From an uncultured Gemmatimonadales bacterium (GTDB lineage Bacteria > Gemmatimonadota > Gemmatimonadetes > Gemmatimonadales > GWC2-71-9): DNA of 64,000 nucleotides. This document shows positions 61,618 to 64,000 of this stretch, piece by piece. The stretch spans positions 1 through 64,000 of the forward strand of contig CAVSQW010000004.1 of assembly GCA_963730185.1 (NCBI GenBank), written 5' to 3'. A model generated the notes under the pieces. It worked only from the letters and a program-made list of their open reading frames with translations, was not told the origin of the DNA and searched no databases. The position numbers and the translations under genes are program-made. The number at the start of each line of letters is the position of its first letter. The first letter of the stretch is position 1.

Positions 61618-64000
61618 TCAGGCCGCCTCCACGTGGGCCCGGCCGGCCCGGCGGTGGCGACGCATCAGATCGAACAGCCCACGGAGCGGGGTGGGGGTGG
61701 CGCCGGCGACCCGGTTACGGGTCCCGATCTCGAAGAGGAGTGCCCACTGCCGGAACAGCACTCGATAGGCCCGGAACAGCGAGTTGGCCGGATCGTAGAT
61801 GCTGGTCGCTTCGGAGGTGGCGCCGTTGAGCTCCAGGATCTTGAAGCTGTCACCCCGGCTCAACGCCTCGTACGACGGCGCTCTGATGTCGTAGCGCCCG
61901 AACCAGAACCCATCGTAGGTCCGGCTCACCTCGTCGATCGCGGCCTCGAGGGCCGGCGTTCTGACCCGCTCACCCTCGAAGAACGCCGCCCCCCGGCAAT
62001 GGGTTCCCAACTCGGCCAGGGGGACGATTTCGCCCGCCGCTGGGACGCTGGCCAACCGGGACGCATGATGGGTGAGAAAGAACCGGGCCATGCCGACCGC
62101 GCGGTCGTCGGTCAGGATCAGTTCCTCCAGCGACCGGACCCCGTCACCGGTGACGGCGGGGAGCCGCTTGTCGGTGAGGGCGAAGAGCCGGCCCCGCTCC
62201 TCACCGGGGATCCGGTAGTAGAAAATGCCCATCTCGACGCCGGGCACGTACTCCTGGATCAGCACCGGCTCGACCGCCCGGGCGAGGTAGGCCTCCGCGG
62301 CGGCCAGATCCCGAACGATGGCCACTCCATCGCCGCGCTCGCCGACGTCGGGCTTGAGCACCACGGGAAAGTCGAGCCGGTGCTCGGTCAGGAAGCGTCG
62401 GACCGCCGCCACCCGTTCGGCGAGCGATCCGCCGGGCGGCAGGAGACGCCAGCGGGCCACCCGGTCGCCGGCGCCGTCGAGCCCGCGAAGGATCTCCGCC
62501 TTGGACTCGCCCACGAAGCCGCCGCCCGGGATCGCCGGGTTGGCCGCGGTCCAGACCGTCAGGCTCCGGTGCTTGAGCGCCAGCCAGAGGACGTAGAGCA
62601 CCACCGGTGGATAGAAGGCCCAGCGGGGCCAGTATTCCCAGCGGGTGAGCCGCCGCCAGCGGGAGACCAGGAGCCGCCGGCCCCGCCAGGAGCAGAGCGG
62701 GACCACCAGCTTGACCACGATCAGGAGCAGGAGCGCCACCCCGAGCAGGGTGGGCATGGCGAATCGCTGGTAGGCCGTGAACCCGGCGAGCACCCGACTT
62801 CCGAAGAGGGCGCTGGCGCCGACCAGGGCGGGCGTCCAGAGCGCCGCCGCGAGGACGAAGACGCCGAGGAAGGCGAGCGCCCGGGTGTGGAGGATGCCGG
62901 CCGTCAGATAGGTCGGGAGGCGGGTGCCGGGCACGAACCGGGTCAGGAGGGCGATCCAGGCCCCATAGCGGCGGAACCAGGCCGAGCTCCGGTCGATGTC
63001 GGCGTCACTGACCAGCCAGCGGAGCGGCGCCCGGCGGACGGCCGGCCGGCCGATCCAGCGCCCGGCCGCGAAGAGCAGGAGGTCGCCACCCACGATCCCC
63101 ACCGCGCACGCGGTGGTGCCGGCCACGAACCCGAGGGAACCCCGGCCGATCAGGAGCCCGGCGGCGATGCAGGCCAGGTCTTCGCTGACCAGCGTCGCCA
63201 CGGCCAGGAGCACCAGCAGGATGCTCAGCGCGAGCCCGGCGACCGGCGGAATGACCCGGGGGTCGAACGGCCGGGCCGCCGCGGCCAGCCGGGCCGGGTC
63301 GGCGGTGGCCCGGGTTATGGCGGTGCCCTGGTCGACCGAGTCGAGGAACCGGTCGACGACCGGGGCGAGCTCGGACGCGCGGGCGAAGGCCATGAAGTGG
63401 TTGGCTGCCGGATCGCGAAACATCACCAGCTCGCTCTGGGGGAGGAGCCGGGCGTGCTCAGCGGCGATCGCGGGCTGGACCAGCGGGTCCCGGTCGCCCT
63501 GGATGATCAGCGCCGGTCCGCCGAACCGGCTCAGGATCCCGCGGAGCGGCCGTTGGTCGGAGTCGTAGAAATTCCGGGCATACTCCACGTTCAGCATCCC
63601 GAAGAGCCCGCCGTCGGGGGCGCCGACGTGGGGAACGGCTTCGCGGAGGAGCCAGAGCCCGGCCAGCTGGAGCCCGTGAATGGTGTGGTTCAGGTAGTAG
63701 TCGCCGAGGAGCTCGTATTCCTGCGCGCCGATGGCCGAGAGGAGGGTGAGCGACTCGATCCGGTCGGGCGCCAGTCCCGCCATGCTGATGGCCACCCCAC
63801 CGCCCATGCTGAAGCCCAGCACGTTGGCCTTCCGGATCCCGAGCGAGTCCATCAGCTCGAGCACGTACCGGGCGTGGGCCAGGAACGAGTAGTCCGGGAC
63901 GTCGTGGGTGGAGCCACCGAACCCGGGCAGGTCGGGCGCGATGGCCCGGCGCCGGGCGCCGAGCAGGTGGGTGAGCTGGGAGACCTCGCGGTTGGAGCCC
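61618..64000 (-). CDS. Alpha/beta hydrolase - DedA/VTT - ATP-grasp tri-domain fusion (5' end outside window)
   Basis: Frame open to the window edge. APDLPGFG, GFSMG, GDRDP, NH; ATLVSEDL..GD..RFVPGTR (DedA); WEYWP, KPDVGERGDGV, QEYVPG.E, GRYDIR, ILELNG (ATP-grasp). Confidence 0.9.
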   Translation of the reverse strand, partial: GSNREVSQLTHLLGARRRAIAPDLPGFGGSTHDVPDYSFLAHARYVLELMDSLGIRKANVLGFSMGGGVAISMAGLAPDRIESLTLLSAIGAQEYELLGDYYLNHTIHGLQLAGLWLLREAVPHVGAPDGGLFGMLNVEYARNFYDSDQRPLRGILSRFGGPALIIQGDRDPLVQPAIAAEHARLLPQSELVMFRDPAANHFMAFARASELAPVVDRFLDSVDQGTAITRATADPARLAAAARPFDPRVIPPVAGLALSILLVLLAVATLVSEDLACIAAGLLIGRGSLGFVAGTTACAVGIVGGDLLLFAAGRWIGRPAVRRAPLRWLVSDADIDRSSAWFRRYGAWIALLTRFVPGTRLPTYLTAGILHTRALAFLGVFVLAAALWTPALVGASALFGSRVLAGFTAYQRFAMPTLLGVALLLLIVVKLVVPLCSWRGRRLLVSRWRRLTRWEYWPRWAFYPPVVLYVLWLALKHRSLTVWTAANPAIPGGGFVGESKAEILRGLDGAGDRVARWRLLPPGGSLAERVAAVRRFLTEHRLDFPVVLKPDVGERGDGVAIVRDLAAAEAYLARAVEPVLIQEYVPGVEMGIFYYRIPGEERGRLFALTDKRLPAVTGDGVRSLEELILTDDRAVGMARFFLTHHASRLASVPAAGEIVPLAELGTHCRGAAFFEGERVRTPALEAAIDEVSRTYDGFWFGRYDIRAPSYEALSRGDSFKILELNGATSEATSIYDPANSLFRAYRVLFRQWALLFEIGTRNRVAGATPTPLRGLFDLMRRHRRAGRAHVEAA

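Overview
High-GC bacterial chromosome segment. The gene families present (BTAD-TPR regulator, PadR + duplicated orphan permeases, 6-bladed beta-propeller lipoprotein, many secreted hydrolases) suggest Gemmatimonadota or a similar lineage; this is inference only. The first ~1.6 kb looks like the edge of an integrative element: a degraded IS3-family element, an IS-abutting orphan ORF and the 3' half of a CAT-anticodon tRNA (att-like). The rest is accessory envelope, detoxification and hydrolase genes: a G8-domain TMEM2/CEMIP-like lipoprotein divergent from a BTAD-TPR regulator, an AGMO-like desaturase, a GNAT-DinB fusion operon, a GntR/CocE/serine-hydrolase cluster, a 5-PAS hybrid kinase, two convergent PadR-ADOP modules, a Sel1 lipoprotein + ABC operon + S9 peptidase, LuxR-DUF4199-VOC, and a complete RND efflux operon. 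At the right edge is a 5'-truncated alpha/beta-hydrolase-DedA-ATP-grasp fusion followed by DoxX, which is the best candidate for an uncharacterised system. More than a dozen genes carry frameshifts, densest at 40.3-44.9 kb; these are most likely long-read indel errors. No CRISPR array, rRNA or intact tRNA was seen. All calls come from reading motifs by eye; no database search was run.
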